From the NCBI GenBank assembly GCA_950097015.1, contig CATNEN010000038.1, positions 17,298,001 through 17,362,000 on the forward strand: a stretch of DNA of 64,000 nt. Direction: 5' to 3'. The notes below the pieces were generated by a model. The model was given only the letters and a program-made list of their open reading frames with translations, was not told the DNA's origin and ran no database searches. Shown here piece after piece: positions 1 through 13,600 of this stretch (positions are counted from its first letter, which is position 1; every line of letters starts with the position of its first letter). Position numbers and translations under genes: made by a program. This DNA comes from Macrostomum hystrix (Eukaryota > Animalia > Platyhelminthes).

Positions 1-399
1 CACATGTCTAGACGACGTCCCGTCATGCTATTAGGAAGGACTACTAAACGACGCGTTTAATGTTTTCATAAGGAATTTGGCGTGGCGAACATGTTTCTGA
101 AGGCTTCTAGCTTTTTTATAGGAGAGCCTTCGCAAAGAAGTTAACTTGCGGATAAGATCATGCATATTCAGATTTTTGTTGAGATAGTCACAGTAAAATG
201 ATTTTTATCACCTAAAATCTCCTACAATTAAAAATTAGGCAGGTTATGTAACCAAATCGGCCATATTTGTTTGACAACAAAAAAACCTAAAAAATGCTTC
301 CACTTTTTATAACTCTATTTTTAGACATAATATTTAAGACTCTATCCAGATTCAACAAAATAAACAGAGGGATAAATAAAAATTACACCCTAGCCCCTG

Positions 400-625
400 G
401 CTTGATCGAACTTAAACATCAAAAGGTTGCAGTGCTCGCAGCTTGTTCAGTCCATGGACGGGTCACACCGAACCGTAACTTCTTACCCACCTGATACGGG
501 CCCCCATCTTACAGCGGGTAAGCAGAAGCCTCTATAGGACTCAAGAGTTTTTAAAGGACACAGGTTTTTCCGTTAGACTTGAATTCGAACCTCAGACCTC
601 TAAGTTCAGAGGTCCAAAATTGTCC
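400..625 (-). mobile_element. Degenerate SINE-like element, family 2
   Basis: Minus strand reads B-box-like GGTTCGAATTC, then AAGTCTAACGGAAAAACCTGTGTCC and GTCCATGGACTGAACA; same order of motifs as 30830-30940. Confidence 0.45.
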
Positions 626-646
626 AAACTGTCCGATTTGCCCGAC

Positions 647-2969
647 TCAAATCCTGGACGAAAGCCGTCGCAGTCCGCCACTGTCCTGGCTAGTATTCAA
701 CAGCAGCGCGGAGCCGCTGATGTCGGACGTAGCCATTGTGCCGGCCTCGGAGAGGCGCTGCGCTCCGCTCCGGATTCTCTGCTTCAGCCGCATCCCGCCG
801 CCGGCGAACTCCGTCATCCGGCGGGCCATGATGTTGCCACCGACGTTGCCGCTCAGATTGTTGACCGGACTGCGCTGTGACCGACCGCTGCTGAGTCTCG
901 AGTGCGGCCTGGAACCCAGACGATACTCGCCGCCGTCGGCTAATATCGAAGCCATCGCCGCGGACGGCAGAGGCACGGCTGGTCGGCGAAAAGAGTCAGT
1001 CAGCTGCCATTCGTAGACACCGAAGATGCCGCTAATTAGGCGGGCCTGAAACACGCGTTAAGTTGCAAAGCCTGGTTCTTTAAATCCAATGGTTATTGTT
1101 CATTTTACTAGTAGTACTACTAAATACTCGCGACGGGAAACGGGCGATTTGTGCAGAAAAGTTTACGAGTCCGGTTTTTAAGTTTCCTTCTGGTCTCAAA
1201 TTTGCTCAAAGAAAATCAAAATTTTCCTTAAAATTAGCTCAAAATGTATGCCTATTTTATTGTTTGAAGGCAATTTTTATCGAGAATTATTAGGTCAATT
1301 TATTAGGAACAATTTAGAGGATATACCCCCAATTCTGCGAACTTTTTTATTTGGAAGAAAATTATCACTGGCATACTTGCTACTTAGTAGTCCCTGTATA
1401 CCATATCGCTCCGCTCCTTGATTTAGTGCTTTCGTCAGCCCAGCCTCCCCAAATTTTGTTTCCCAGGTCCCGAGCCGATTGGTTCCACGCAGCTTAACCC
1501 CTTCCCCGGCCCATATTAACCCAGCTATATGCGCTGTTCGCCTACCCTCGTGCCGCGCGCTGATTGGCTGGTAGATTTCGATTTCCAACACCCTCGCCCC
1601 CTCGTCTTGTTCCGATTGCAAAGTGACTTAATTTGACATGCAAGCCAAACGGTCTCTTACGGCGATTTCTGACACAACAGAAAACTGAATCAGCAACAGG
1701 GACTATACTAAAATAGGTTTATCAGATGAGGTCACCTGGCTAATCCTGCTATCGGCGGTGATGCCTCTGCGAAAGCTGCTTCGACTGCTGCGACTTCGGT
1801 TGCAGTCGTTCTGGTGCACCACTACCGACACTGATCGAACCATCGCCACCGGTGGCAGCTGAGACTCTGCAACTGCCTGCCCCTGATCCTCTTCATCGGG
1901 GTAGTCCTCCGGGTTCTGCTCCTGACCGGCAGAGGCGCCTCCGCTCTTCTGGAACAGCCTGGACAATGTCTCAAGGCGGCGAGACTCCCGCACCTGCTGA
2001 TAGGGATCTTCGGTTGTCGTCTCTGGATGTTTCAGCCGTAGAAGCCACTGCTGATCGACCAAATCGCTGGAGCTGCCGCCTCTGAGGCTGTTCTTGAGCC
2101 AGTCCTGAGCTGTCCGCTTCTGTTTCGTGTCTCGCTTAGTCAAGGAGGCGCCACCGGCTCTGGCGAATAACTCGACAACTGGCAGGTTGCCAGCTCGACA
2201 CGCCGCCATCATCGGCGTCACACCGTCGGCGTTACCCTGGTCGCAGTCGATGTGAAATCGTCTAGCCGCTCGCAGCACCATGCGGCACATGTTAGCCGAC
2301 TGATTGGCCAACAGGTGCAACACCGTATCGCCGTTTGCGTTGCGATGATGAAAGTTCACATTGTTCTCAGTTAGGAGCAGTTGAACCAGGGCCGTGTTGG
2401 ACTCGCGAACAGCCACCTGGAGCAGGTTGTTGCCAGTGGAGTCGGTCAGATCTGGATTGGCGCCGCGGTCTAGCAGGGTGCGAATCAGCTGCATGCTGGC
2501 TGATGGAGGACGCACCTGCGAATGGGTCAGCGGTTGGCCGAGGTGTCACTTGCTCAACAGGAAAGTCTTGTCTAGCCTGCAAACTTCAAACCGAGCTCTG
2601 GGCGTTGCGTCCTGCCCAGTCCACGGACTGAACAGTCGTACGCATCATTCAGAGTCAGCTGCACATCTGGCCCGATAGAGGCAGGTGTAATCAAATATTT
2701 TTATTTGAAGAATCTATCTGTCTATCAGTACAACTAAGAAAAACATTTCTCACCTGAGCGCACCGCATTAGTGGCGTCAATCCGTGCCTACTCCTCACAT
2801 TGGGATCCATTCCCAGTTTGACCTGATAAAGCACCGATTGAAAGCGACCCTCGTCCAGGGCTCGGTGCAGACTCGATCTTTCAACGTCTGGCAAGCCGCT
2901 GTCTAAGCGTTTCCTGCGCCATTTGGCGTCTGGATCCGCGGCAGCTGAATTAGACACTGCTGCAGCCAT
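647..2969 (-). CDS. Ankyrin-repeat protein (~464 aa, 3 exons; loosely ANKRD34-like architecture)
   Basis: Exons 2969-2754, 2515-1736, 1045-647, all phase 0 with GT/AG sites (CAG|GTGAGA, cgcag|GTG, CAG|GTGACC, tttcag|GCC). Ankyrin motifs GLTPLMRCA, LLDRGANPDLTDSTGNNLL, GDTVLHLLA, GVTPMMAAC, then a low-complexity C-terminus. Joining of exon 3 is less certain (alternative stop at 1703). Confidence 0.8.
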
Positions 2970-3098
2970 GCTGAACACAACAATCTGCCTAATGCTAGAG
3001 CTATAGCCTGCCAGAGCTGGGCAGCTCTCTGCTATTGCTCAGGTTTTGAGACGCGATGAAAGACTATGGGACTAAGCAGCCAACCCCCACGACACTCC

Positions 3099-3111
3099 AT
3101 CGCCTAGCAAC
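3099..3111. promoter_or_regulatory. X-box-like (RFX) motif upstream of the ankyrin gene
   Basis: ATCGCCTAGCAAC is one mismatch from GTNRCC(N0-3)RGYAAC and lies ~130 bp upstream of the ATG. Confidence 0.35.
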
Positions 3112-3775
3112 CACAGTTCTTGCCCGCAGCGTGGAAATCAACAATATCTATACGCATGCATTTCCTTCCTCTATTTGTCTCCCTCTCTGCATCCACCTCC
3201 ATGCCAACCATTTAATGGGGGAGAAGGGAGGTCCAGGGAAGTGTGTGTATGGGGTTGCGTTGTTGTTTAGTGGCGTCTGTCGAAGGTACGTCCAGACCAG
3301 GACCCGGGATGAATGCCTATTTTGCTCTCTCTGTCGTGAGACCTTATTCTGTTCTAACCCTCTGCCCCGCGTGTGCATCTATGAATTTTAAACACGAGAA
3401 ACAATGGCTGTTTATATTCAGTCTATGAATTCATATTTATGCTAATATTGCATATGATTTATGGATAGATAATCTATAGTACGAGCTACAAATTGACATT
3501 TTACATAGTTTTTACTTAACAGTAGACACTAATGCAAACAGCTTTAAGTAGAAGGGTGGATATAAATGAGATACCACTGTGATTTCAAATAGGTGTGGGT
3601 GTACCACTATTTTCTGATTTGGTGAAAAATCAATGAATATTATCGTAAAAAACAATTCTTCAAATTAATGTACCAGAATTATACTATATTTTACGAGTAA
3701 TAGTCAAATATTCAGTGCAAAAATCTGGAAAGTAATAATTTTTATGAAAATTTCAAGTACTTTCTGCGCTATAAA

Positions 3776-4177
3776 AGTGAGCACTGGGGAGAGTGAGCAC
3801 TCGGAAGAGAATGCACTCGGAAGAGTGAGCACTCTGGAGAGTGAGCACTCTGGAGAGTGAGCACTCGGAAGAGTGAGCACGCGGAAGAGTGAGCACTCTG
3901 GAGAGTGAGCACGCGGAAGAGTGAGCACGCGGAAGAGTGAGCACGCGGAAGAGTGAGCACTCGTGAATGTGAGCTCTTGTTAGAGTGAGCACTCGGAAGA
4001 GTGAGCACTCGGAAGAGTGAGCACTCGGAAGAGTGAGCACTCGGAAGAGTGAGCACTCGTGAATGTGAGCTCTCGTGAATGTGAGCTATTGTTAGAGTGA
4101 GCACTCGGGAGAGTGAGCATTTGTGAGAGTGAGCACTCGGGAGAGTGAGCATTTGTGAGAGTGAGCACTCGGGAGAG
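3776..4177. repeat. Minisatellite, 16-17 bp unit GAGTGAGCACTCGGAA
   Basis: Visible tandem array. Confidence 0.95.
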
Positions 4178-4505
4178 TAATAATCATATGAATTCCAAAA
4201 TTCAGTAGCTATCTTAAAAGACACATGGTCCCTTTGAACCGGACTATTTTCAGGGCATGAAATAATTCTTAAGAACAGGCCAACAGTTCTCAGTTTCATT
4301 TGAGATAAGAATTACTTAAGGCGGGAGAGAAAGCTCTATCGCTAGCTGTATATTGATATCAGCTGATCTACAGCCGTCTCTGCTACAGCTCTGTAGACTC
4401 AATCGCATAGCTGCAAATAATAAGCTCTGCTGATAAGAGCCAATTTCTTAAGCAGCTTGGATTCCAGGTTCAAGTTGCAGCCAAAGCAAATCGGTGCCAA
4501 GCAGG

Positions 4506-4513
4506 TATATAAA
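4506..4513 (+). promoter_or_regulatory. TATA box candidate for the PAN-domain membrane protein gene
   Basis: TATATAAA ~140 bp upstream of the signal-peptide ATG at 4648. Confidence 0.45.
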
Positions 4514-4647
4514 ATACCTTGATTGGGCTTCAAGAGAATCTCAAGGTCAATTGTGCAATTATAGTCTGGTCAAGTGAAAGTTTATCGCAAGCAGTCAGTG
4601 GTGTCAATTAACAATCTCCCTGTGACTAGGCTTAGCCATCATAAACG

Positions 4648-7600
4648 ATGGCCTATCAAGGGATTTTGACAGTTTTGACAATGTATTTGGCAATCTTCTG
4701 TCTATTGCAGGAGCCAATCAGTGCCGAGGTGTGTCAGAAGGTCAACACGACAGGTTTGGCTTCAATTTTTGCTTGCTTTTGTAATGTCCGACTATCGCAC
4801 CAAGGTACATGAGCTCGAACCCAGCTGTGGTTGTTTTACGCACCACTGTTTTTACAGTTGTGGACATTTTCCCAACAATGAACAGGACTTCCAAAACAAT
4901 TAAACCATTCGAAAAACATTGCAGTCGGTGTCCCGCTGCCCTACATCCCGGTCTCCTACCAGAGCCGGATCGAGATGAACATCCTGACCCGCAATGAGAC
5001 CTACGAGTTTGAGGAGTGGCTCAATGGCGACCTAGGCAATGTGCGCATCAGGCGCTACCAAAAAGACGGCGAAATTGACGATTATATCTACATCAACGCC
5101 ACGAGGGAGATCTACATAATTTACAGTGAGCCAAGGATCATTGCTATTTGCAAAAAAAGCTAATTTTATTGCTTCTATACTTTGTCTCTCTCTCCAATTG
5201 TTGTTGTTTTGTTGTTTGTTCTTTCTCGCTCCCTCTAACTGCTCTCTCACCTCTGTGCCTTTCTCGGTTTAACTTCTTAGATAAGCTTCATTTCTCTATT
5301 CTCTCCATCGTCTCTGATTGGCTCACTCTTCGTCTCTCTTTCCTCACCCCCTAAATTTTTTCCCCTACCCTCTGACGGCACTCTATTTACCCTTCAACCA
5401 ACCCCACTCCTTATCGATCCATGTTAAATCAACTCAGGCTAGAAGAGGCATACCGCTCATTTTTATCCGCTCAGAGTCGTAACTCTATACAGTAAATATT
5501 AATTTTAATTAGTCTGTAAGAATAGAGGTAGAAGAACATCAAAATGACACAATGTGAATTGCTTAGCTAGCAGATAGAAGGGGTAAGGAAAACTAGCCAA
5601 TCAGCGGCTTCCATTGGCCAGCAGGGGGGCAAGGGGCCATACTGAACTAAGGGTATCCGGGTTTTGACGACATTGCAGGCTAACAATCAGCAATCTACTT
5701 TGTCCCTTACACTTTTAATTTCGTTTCGTCGCAGACAATCTCGCATGCGCCGTGGTGAACATGACTGGAAAAACTGACTTTGACCTGTTGTTCGGCGTCG
5801 ACGGAGCCCTCATGCCGTCGTCTAAGCTGATGCTGCGATTCAGCAAAGAGTTTGGCATGGTAAGCGAAGCGAATGCGTACTTTTCTTTCTTTTTATTTCC
5901 TTCCTTTTCCTTTGCTGCCGCTGCTGACACCCACCCCATTCCTCCAACGCAAACACTCAACGCAACCTCTGACGGCAACACCCACCCCATTCACCCGCCG
6001 CCAACACCCACCCCATTCATCCGCCGCCAACACCCACCCCATTCATCCGCCGCCAACACCCACCCCATTCATCCGCCACCAAATGCGCATCCCATTTCTC
6101 CGCTGCCAAAACTCAACCCAGCCAGCCAATCAGCGAAGTGGGATGGCCGAATTCATTTTCCTTTTTCCTTTCTACTTGTATGATTTCAATTAATCCAGGA
6201 GTACCGCAATCAGTCCAGGGTTCGCGGCATCACAGTGGACTACTGGTACAGTTGTCAAACTTGGCCAGAAAGGAAGGCCGCTTTTGAAGTGCACTGGTAC
6301 TTTTCTGGTAAGTCTTCTGGCTCATTTCTTGGAATTATTTCAGCCACTTCGACAAAGCATCACTTCTGAAACTCATATCCGCAACTACCGGCACCACCCT
6401 CTCTAGCAAGCACATGGAACACGCCGTACAACTCGAACCTGCCAGTTCGAGCGGAGGTCGTCGGCGAGGCTGGCGACGTGAGCAATCCCAGAAAGTTCCA
6501 CATGATTTACGACTTCATGTCGTTCCGTGAGACTCTCCTTGTGGAGGATGACATTTTCGATGTAAGTGTTTCTTACGCAGTCAAGTAGGTGTTCCTTAGG
6601 CTTAGCTTTATTATTATTGAAAAGGGGATTGAGAATGACTCAGAAATGCCTAAATCATCCCTCACAGAACGTTACAGGGCGCCACAAAGCCTAAATATAC
6701 CCTAAAGAATTCAAAATTCAAATCATAGCCAGCTGGATATCTCATGCATAAACACCATTGAATAACGTACACTCATCGTCAGAAGACTCCACCAGATCCT
6801 ATTGAATCCATCTTTCCATTCACCAGACCCCCAGCGGGGTGTACTGCGAGGACCGCAAGCGCACCCAGAAGCCTCCAGAGCTGCCCGCCGTGATGAGCTA
6901 TACCCAGGAGGTTCTGGTCCACGACCCCAATCTGGAAGTTGTGCAGTACGGCAACGTGTACTACGACGGTTCCCAGTTCCTGGTCAAGTACCAGTTCAGG
7001 GAGCCCAATAGTTACACAAAGCCGCCATTTTACAATCCTGGCTCAATGACCGTTGTGCAGGATTTCACAACCGGTAAAATAACTACATCCAGTGGCCAAT
7101 ACTGGATTTTGAAACAAATCCCGAGTCTCATCTCTCCCGTACGTGTCTCATGTCTTTCGAGTCTCATCTCTCCCGTTTCTCATGTCTCCCGAGTCTCATC
7201 TCTCCCGTACGTGTCTCTTGTCTTTCGAGTCTCATCTCTCCCGTTTCTCATGTCTCCCGAGTCTCATCTCTCCCGAGTCTCATGTCTCCCGAGTCTCATG
7301 TCTCCCGAGTCTCATCTCTCCCGAGTCTCATGTCTCCCGAGTCTCATCTCTCCCGTGTGTCATCTCTCCCCTGTCTCATCTCTCCCTAGTGTATAATCTC
7401 TTCCCTGTCTCATCTCTCCCTAGTGTATCATCTCTTCCCTGTCTTATCTCTCCGAGTCTCATGTCTTTCGAGTCTCATCTCTCCCGAATCTCATGTCTCC
7501 CGTGTCTCATCTCTCCCGAATCTCATGTCTCCCGTGTCTCATCTCTCCCGTGTCTCTTGTCTCCCGAATCTCATCTCTCCCATGTCTCATGTCTTTCGAG

Positions 7601-10600
7601 TCTCATCTCTCCCGTGTCTCATGTCTTTCGAGTCTCATCTCTCGAAAGGTGCGGTCAACCCCTGCCCTTGATACACCACTGAGTACACCTTAAATCTGAA
7701 ATGTGAAAATCCGTTAACGCTTGCTAAATTTCCAAAGGTATTTCCTATTTTATCGACGACTTAATCGGAAATTGCACTGACAAACCCATCGGCAACGACT
7801 TCTTTGACACGGAGGATCCGCCTATAAAGGATCGGCCCGGCTGGGATATCATCGAATTGAGAAGTCCCAAAGATCTGTTTAGAATTGATGAGACCTACCA
7901 GTTCACTGGAAAGGCAAGTGTTTTTTTACCAGCTCCAGTTTTTTACCAGTGGAAATACGCTCGTAATTGTGATCAATTTAATTGGCTTCTTATCTTGTCT
8001 GACCATGAGGCTAAAAATAGCACGGCTCCCTTTAGTCTTTAGAGATGTTCCACTTGCCTTTCCTATATCTTGTCACGCAGACCACACGTGTTAGTATGAC
8101 CTTGGGTTGTAAAAATAGCAGGAAGCGAAACAACTTTTTAAGGTCATCCACTGCTAAGTTACAATTTTAACTAGTGTGTTTACGGGACTGGTCCGGAAAA
8201 TTGATTCCAGTTTCTAGATTCAAAGCTCTATGGCCCAACCCACCACGAAATTCTTGCAACCCCATTCCTCCGCCGCCGACACCCCCAACTCCGTTCCTTC
8301 AGAAGTAACATGGGCACCCTCCGCCTTATGTACAATTTAGAGAGTAGTCCGCGGCATTCCAATTCATCGGTACATCTCGCTGAGAAAGGACTACCAGATT
8401 GCTGCCCGGCCAGGCATGAATTTCACCTTTGAATACGAGATGCTGGACGTGAGTTCCTCTGGATAAGCAAATTGTGTTTTTTGTTCCGTAAATCTATTTT
8501 TTACGAAAACCTTTCCCTATGCTTTGGGCACTTTCAGCCGGCTGTATCGGAAGTCGTCCTCGGAAAGAACAAAATCAACGAGGGTAAAAATATTCCAGTC
8601 CAGTTGAGAATAACCAACTACCAGACGCTCGGACAGGTGACCATTTTGCTCTGGCTATTCCGAACTTGATTACAGAAGATAGTAATATTATAACAAACTA
8701 AATCACCTTCTAGATTGATGATCCGACCTTCGACTATCGAGAGACGTACAATTTCTACAACTTTGACGCGCAAGTAGAGCCCGACCCCGAAAAGGACTTC
8801 GACCAGCTGCAGCCCTACGACCTTGATGTATCCCAGTGCTACGCCAAGGCCGAGCGGAAAAACATCCTTATTCGATTTTTGAACGGTAAGATTCTCCCTT
8901 GCTTGTTTTCTCTTTAACATCCTGGACCACTGGAAGTGGAAATAGGAGTAGCTTTTTGGGTTACGACTTTAACTCCCGACTCAACTTCCGACCAGACCTA
9001 AAAACTCCCTAGAATAATTGGGTCTAGAATTCTTCTCTTCCGTGTCTAGAAAGAATACCTCTCCAAAGAAGGCAACCTCCGAACCTCATTCAAGGCGGAA
9101 TTTACGACAACTACGTGAAGGGCAGCCAGAACTTGTTCATTCGACGAGCCACTAAAGTCCTAGCCAATGCCGACTTGGGTCTAGTCAATCCGCTTAGGTT
9201 TCAGCGAGTTCGCATCGACTATGACGACATTTTTATCTACTTCATCTTTACTCTGCTGGATGGACCTCATCCGTACGGTGAGTTGGGTTTCAATGATGGA
9301 AAAATGTAATCAGTTTAGGACGTGCTTGGACTCAATGTATAGCGAGTGGCACAGACGCAGCTATTAAAATCAATTGACAACTCAAAGCCCTTTCAGGCAT
9401 GGTTGGGGTTTTATGGGTTGGCAGGGCAATTAAATTCATTTGACACTTCAAAGACCTTTGAGGCAGGGTTGGGGTGTTATGGGGTGGCGGGGCTATTAAA
9501 ATAGCTCGATACTCACTTCAGAGCCTTATCAGGCAGGGTTGGGGTTTTATGGGGTGGCGGGGCAATTAAAATCATTTGACACTTCAAAGCCCTATCAGGC
9601 AGGGTTGGGGTTTTATAGGTTGGCAGGGCAATTAAATTCATTTGACACTTCAAAGACCTATCAGGCAGGGTTGGGGTTTTATGGGGTGGCGGGGCAATTA
9701 AAATCATTTGACACTTCAAAGACCTATCAGGCAGGGTTGGGGTGTTATGGAGTGGCGGGGCAATTAAAATCATTTGACAATTCAAAGACCTATCAGGCAG
9801 GGTTGGGGTTTTATGGGGTGGCGGGGCAATTAATATCATTTGACACTTCAAAGCCCTATCAGGCAGGGTTGGGGTGTTATGGAGTGGCGGGGCAATTAAA
9901 ATCATTTGACAATTCAAAGCCCTATCAGGCAGGGTTGGGGTGTTATGGAGTGGCGGGGCAATTAAAATCATTTGACAATTCAAAGCCCTATCAGGCAGGG
10001 TTGGGGTGTTATGGAGTGGCGGGGCAATTAATATCATTTGACACTTCAAAGCCCTATCAGGCAGGGTTGGGGTTTTATGGGGTGGCGGGGCAATTAAAAT
10101 CATTTGACACTTCAAAGCCCTATCAGGCAGGGTTGGGGTGTTATGGAGTGGCGGGGCAATTAAAATCATTTGACAATTCAAAGCCCTATCAGGCAGGGTT
10201 GGGGTGTTATGGAGTGGCGGGGCAATTAAAATCATTTGACAATTCAAAGACCTATCAGGCAGGGTTGGGGTTTTATGGGGTGGCGGGGCAATTAATATCA
10301 TTTGACACTTCAAAGCCCTATCAGGCAGGGTTGGGGTGTTATGGAGTGGCGGGGCTATTAAAATAGCTCGACACTCACTTCAAAGCCTTATCAGGCAGGT
10401 TTGGGGTTTTATGGGGTGGCTGGGCTATTAAAATCGTGCGACACTAATCTCTTTCAGCCCAGTTCAATCGACTCACTGGTCCAAATCGGTACATTGAGAG
10501 CGCCGAGCAGACAGCGAATGTTGGCAGCGAGCTGGACTGTCTGCGCCGCTGTAACAGCCTGCTAATGCCGCCGTGCAACAGCGTGGCCTACTGTCCGGGC

Positions 10601-13600
10601 TCAAAGTCCGGCTCCAATTGTCTGTTGAGCTCGTCATTTAAAAGGGACACGGAGAATCCGGACAAGACGCATCAGTGCTCCGTGTTGATTCGTAAGTTGA
10701 GTAGCTGGGTGTGTTTGGTATCTACTGCATTCTCGAGTGGTTGCTAAATAAAGTGCTAATATTGTCCCTAATAGAATAATATGAACTCAGAATCGAAGGG
10801 ATAATTGACCTTCTTGGGGGACAACTTACCAACGTAATGGATGATTGTCCAAGTCAAGGAAAATTTTCCAGCATATGGAATGGGGCTTTAAGATAATCTA
10901 CATGATCTACACGATAATATTGTAAGTCGTCATCCCACCGCTGCCACCAGTGAAAGACAAGCCGAGAACGAGACACTGGCTTCAGGGGTAGGCCAACACT
11001 TGACGACTTAGAGGTCAATGCGCTCACTTATATTTATTTGACTTGGCATTGTACACTCGTAGATACAAATACAAAGTCAACCATCTTACAATCATCTTAC
11101 AAAATTATGGTTACAATAAGTAAAAAACCCTTAATCTTAACCCCAGGCCCAGTATCTGTTCTCCGTCCTGACGCGTTGGAACTTTCGTTGGAGACCGCGT
11201 TTGACCTTCTAGTGACCTACGTTGAAAGCGGCCTGTTCCAGGTGCCAATGGAGAGGATAACACCCGACACTGGCAAAATTGATATTGTCAACGTTTCGGC
11301 CATAGACATCGAGCAGTTCGAGGTGAGGCCGAATGTAGACCTGGCCTTAACAGGCCGTCACCTGTTCCAGTTTGAAGTAACAAAAAATGCCGGCATGCCG
11401 CCAACGAGGGCCCTACTGGACGCGCTCTCCGTTGACGACTGCGCCGAGGCTTGCCTTGGCAATTCAGATTTCGATTGCAAGTCTTTCACCTACTGTTACA
11501 ATGTTGGCCAGTGCTTACTGAACAACGAGTCACCGAGAGATCAACCGGGCAAAATTGTTCAAAGAGGACAGTGCAACCTCTACGACAGTGAGAAAATTTA
11601 ATTTTCTTGTGCCAAAGATCAGAGAGATTAGAATACTAAATGAATATTTGCGTCGACCTAATGTATCGAAGAATTCAAAGGAATATTTCGTGGGTGCTGA
11701 AAAATCTAGCCTGACGATAATTTGCTCACGGGGATGATGAATGATTTCATTGCTGCTTATTTTCCGATATTTAGTAGCCAGTCTTTGCTATAGAGCGGTA
11801 AAATCACTCCACACAAAAGTTTAGATTTGTGAACTGAACGACTCAGCAAATCTACCAACTCAACAGCTAGACATGTTTCCCATGAACCCTACCTATTGGC
11901 AGCAAATCTACCAACTCAACAGCTAGACATGTTTCCCATGAACCCTACCTATTGGCAGCAAATCTACCAATTCAACAGCTAGACATGTTTCCAATTAACC
12001 CTATCTATTGGCAGCAAATCTACCAACTCAACAGCTAGACATGTTTCCAATTAACCCTATCTATTGGCAGCAAATCTACCAACTCAACAGCTAGACATGT
12101 TTCCCATGAACCCTACCTATTGGCAGCAAATCTACCAATTCAACAGCTAGACATGTTTCCAATTAACCCTATCTATTGGCAGCAAATCTACCAATTCAAC
12201 AGCTAGACATGTTTCCAATTAACCCTATCTATTGGCAGCAAATCTACCAATTCAACAGCTAGACATGTTTCCAATTAACCCTATCTATTGGCAGCAAATC
12301 TACCAACTCAACAGCTAGACATGTTTCCAATTAACCCTATCTATTGGCAGCAAATCTACCAACTCAACAGCTAGACATGTTTCCCATGAACCCTAACTAT
12401 TGGCAGCAAATCTACCAATTCAACAGCTAGACATGTTTCCAATTAACCCTATCTATTGGCAGCAAATCTACCAATTCACCAGCTAGACATGTTTCTCATT
12501 AACCCAATCTATTGGCAGCAAATCTACCAATTCAACAGCTAGACTTGTTTCCAATTAACCCTATCTATTGGCAGCAACTCTACCAATTCAACAGCTAGAC
12601 TTGTCCATCATTCGCTAGTTACAACCTACTCATACAACCGATGCCACTAAACTCGCACCATTCTCACTAAGAAACCGAGCTGGGTCTATTCACGAAAGAG
12701 CCGGGCGTCTCTCGCCTAATTGACGTGCACAAGGACCTTCAACTGGTGGACACGGCCAGGGACTGCGCAGCCGCTTGCGTCGGCTCAGGCGCAGCCAAGC
12801 CGTGCCGCAGTTTCGACATCTGCGACTTCGGCGACGGCCTGAAGAAGTTCTGCTATTTGAGCGCCAGTCACAAGTCGGACGATTCAGCGAAATCAGAGGC
12901 CAATCTCAACTGTACTCACTATTCGAGATCTTTCACTACGGACTTCAAGCAGCAGTTCAAGCTCAACAGCCCGGACCTGTCTGCCTACTCGGCCACCTTC
13001 GCAGATCTCAACCTGGACTATTGTTCCAGGCGTTGCGTTGAAGATTACGGCGAGAAGTGCAACGGGCTTTATTACTGCGAGCCCTACAACGACAATCAGG
13101 CCAAGTCCTCGTGCAGCATTCGCGAGCCCGGCGTTGCCATGGTTACCAAATCGGGCGGCACCGGCGGACCGCCAGCTTGCGCTTATTATAGCCGTGAGTT
13201 ACCTAATATCCCACACCAGCTACCAATATCCCACACCAGCTACCAATATCCCACACCAGCTACCAATATCCCACACCAGCTACCAATATCCCACACCAGC
13301 TACCAATATCCCACACCAGCTACCAATATCCCACACCAGCTACCAATATCCCACACCAGCTACCAATATCCCACACCAGCTACCAATATCCCACACCAGC
13401 TACCAATATCCCACACCAGCTACCAATATCCCACACCAGCTACCAATATCCCACACCAGCTACCAATATCCCACACCAGCTACCAATATCCCACACCAGC
13501 TACCAATATCCCACACCAGCTACCAATATCCCACACCAGCTACCAATATCCCACACCAGCTACCAATATCCCACACCAGCTACCAATACCCCACACCAGC

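Noticed and set aside
5617-5632. CTCF-like motif GGCCAGCAGGGGGGCA (and GCGCCATCTACTG at ~50232)
   Set aside because: Isolated matches expected by chance, with no supporting evidence.
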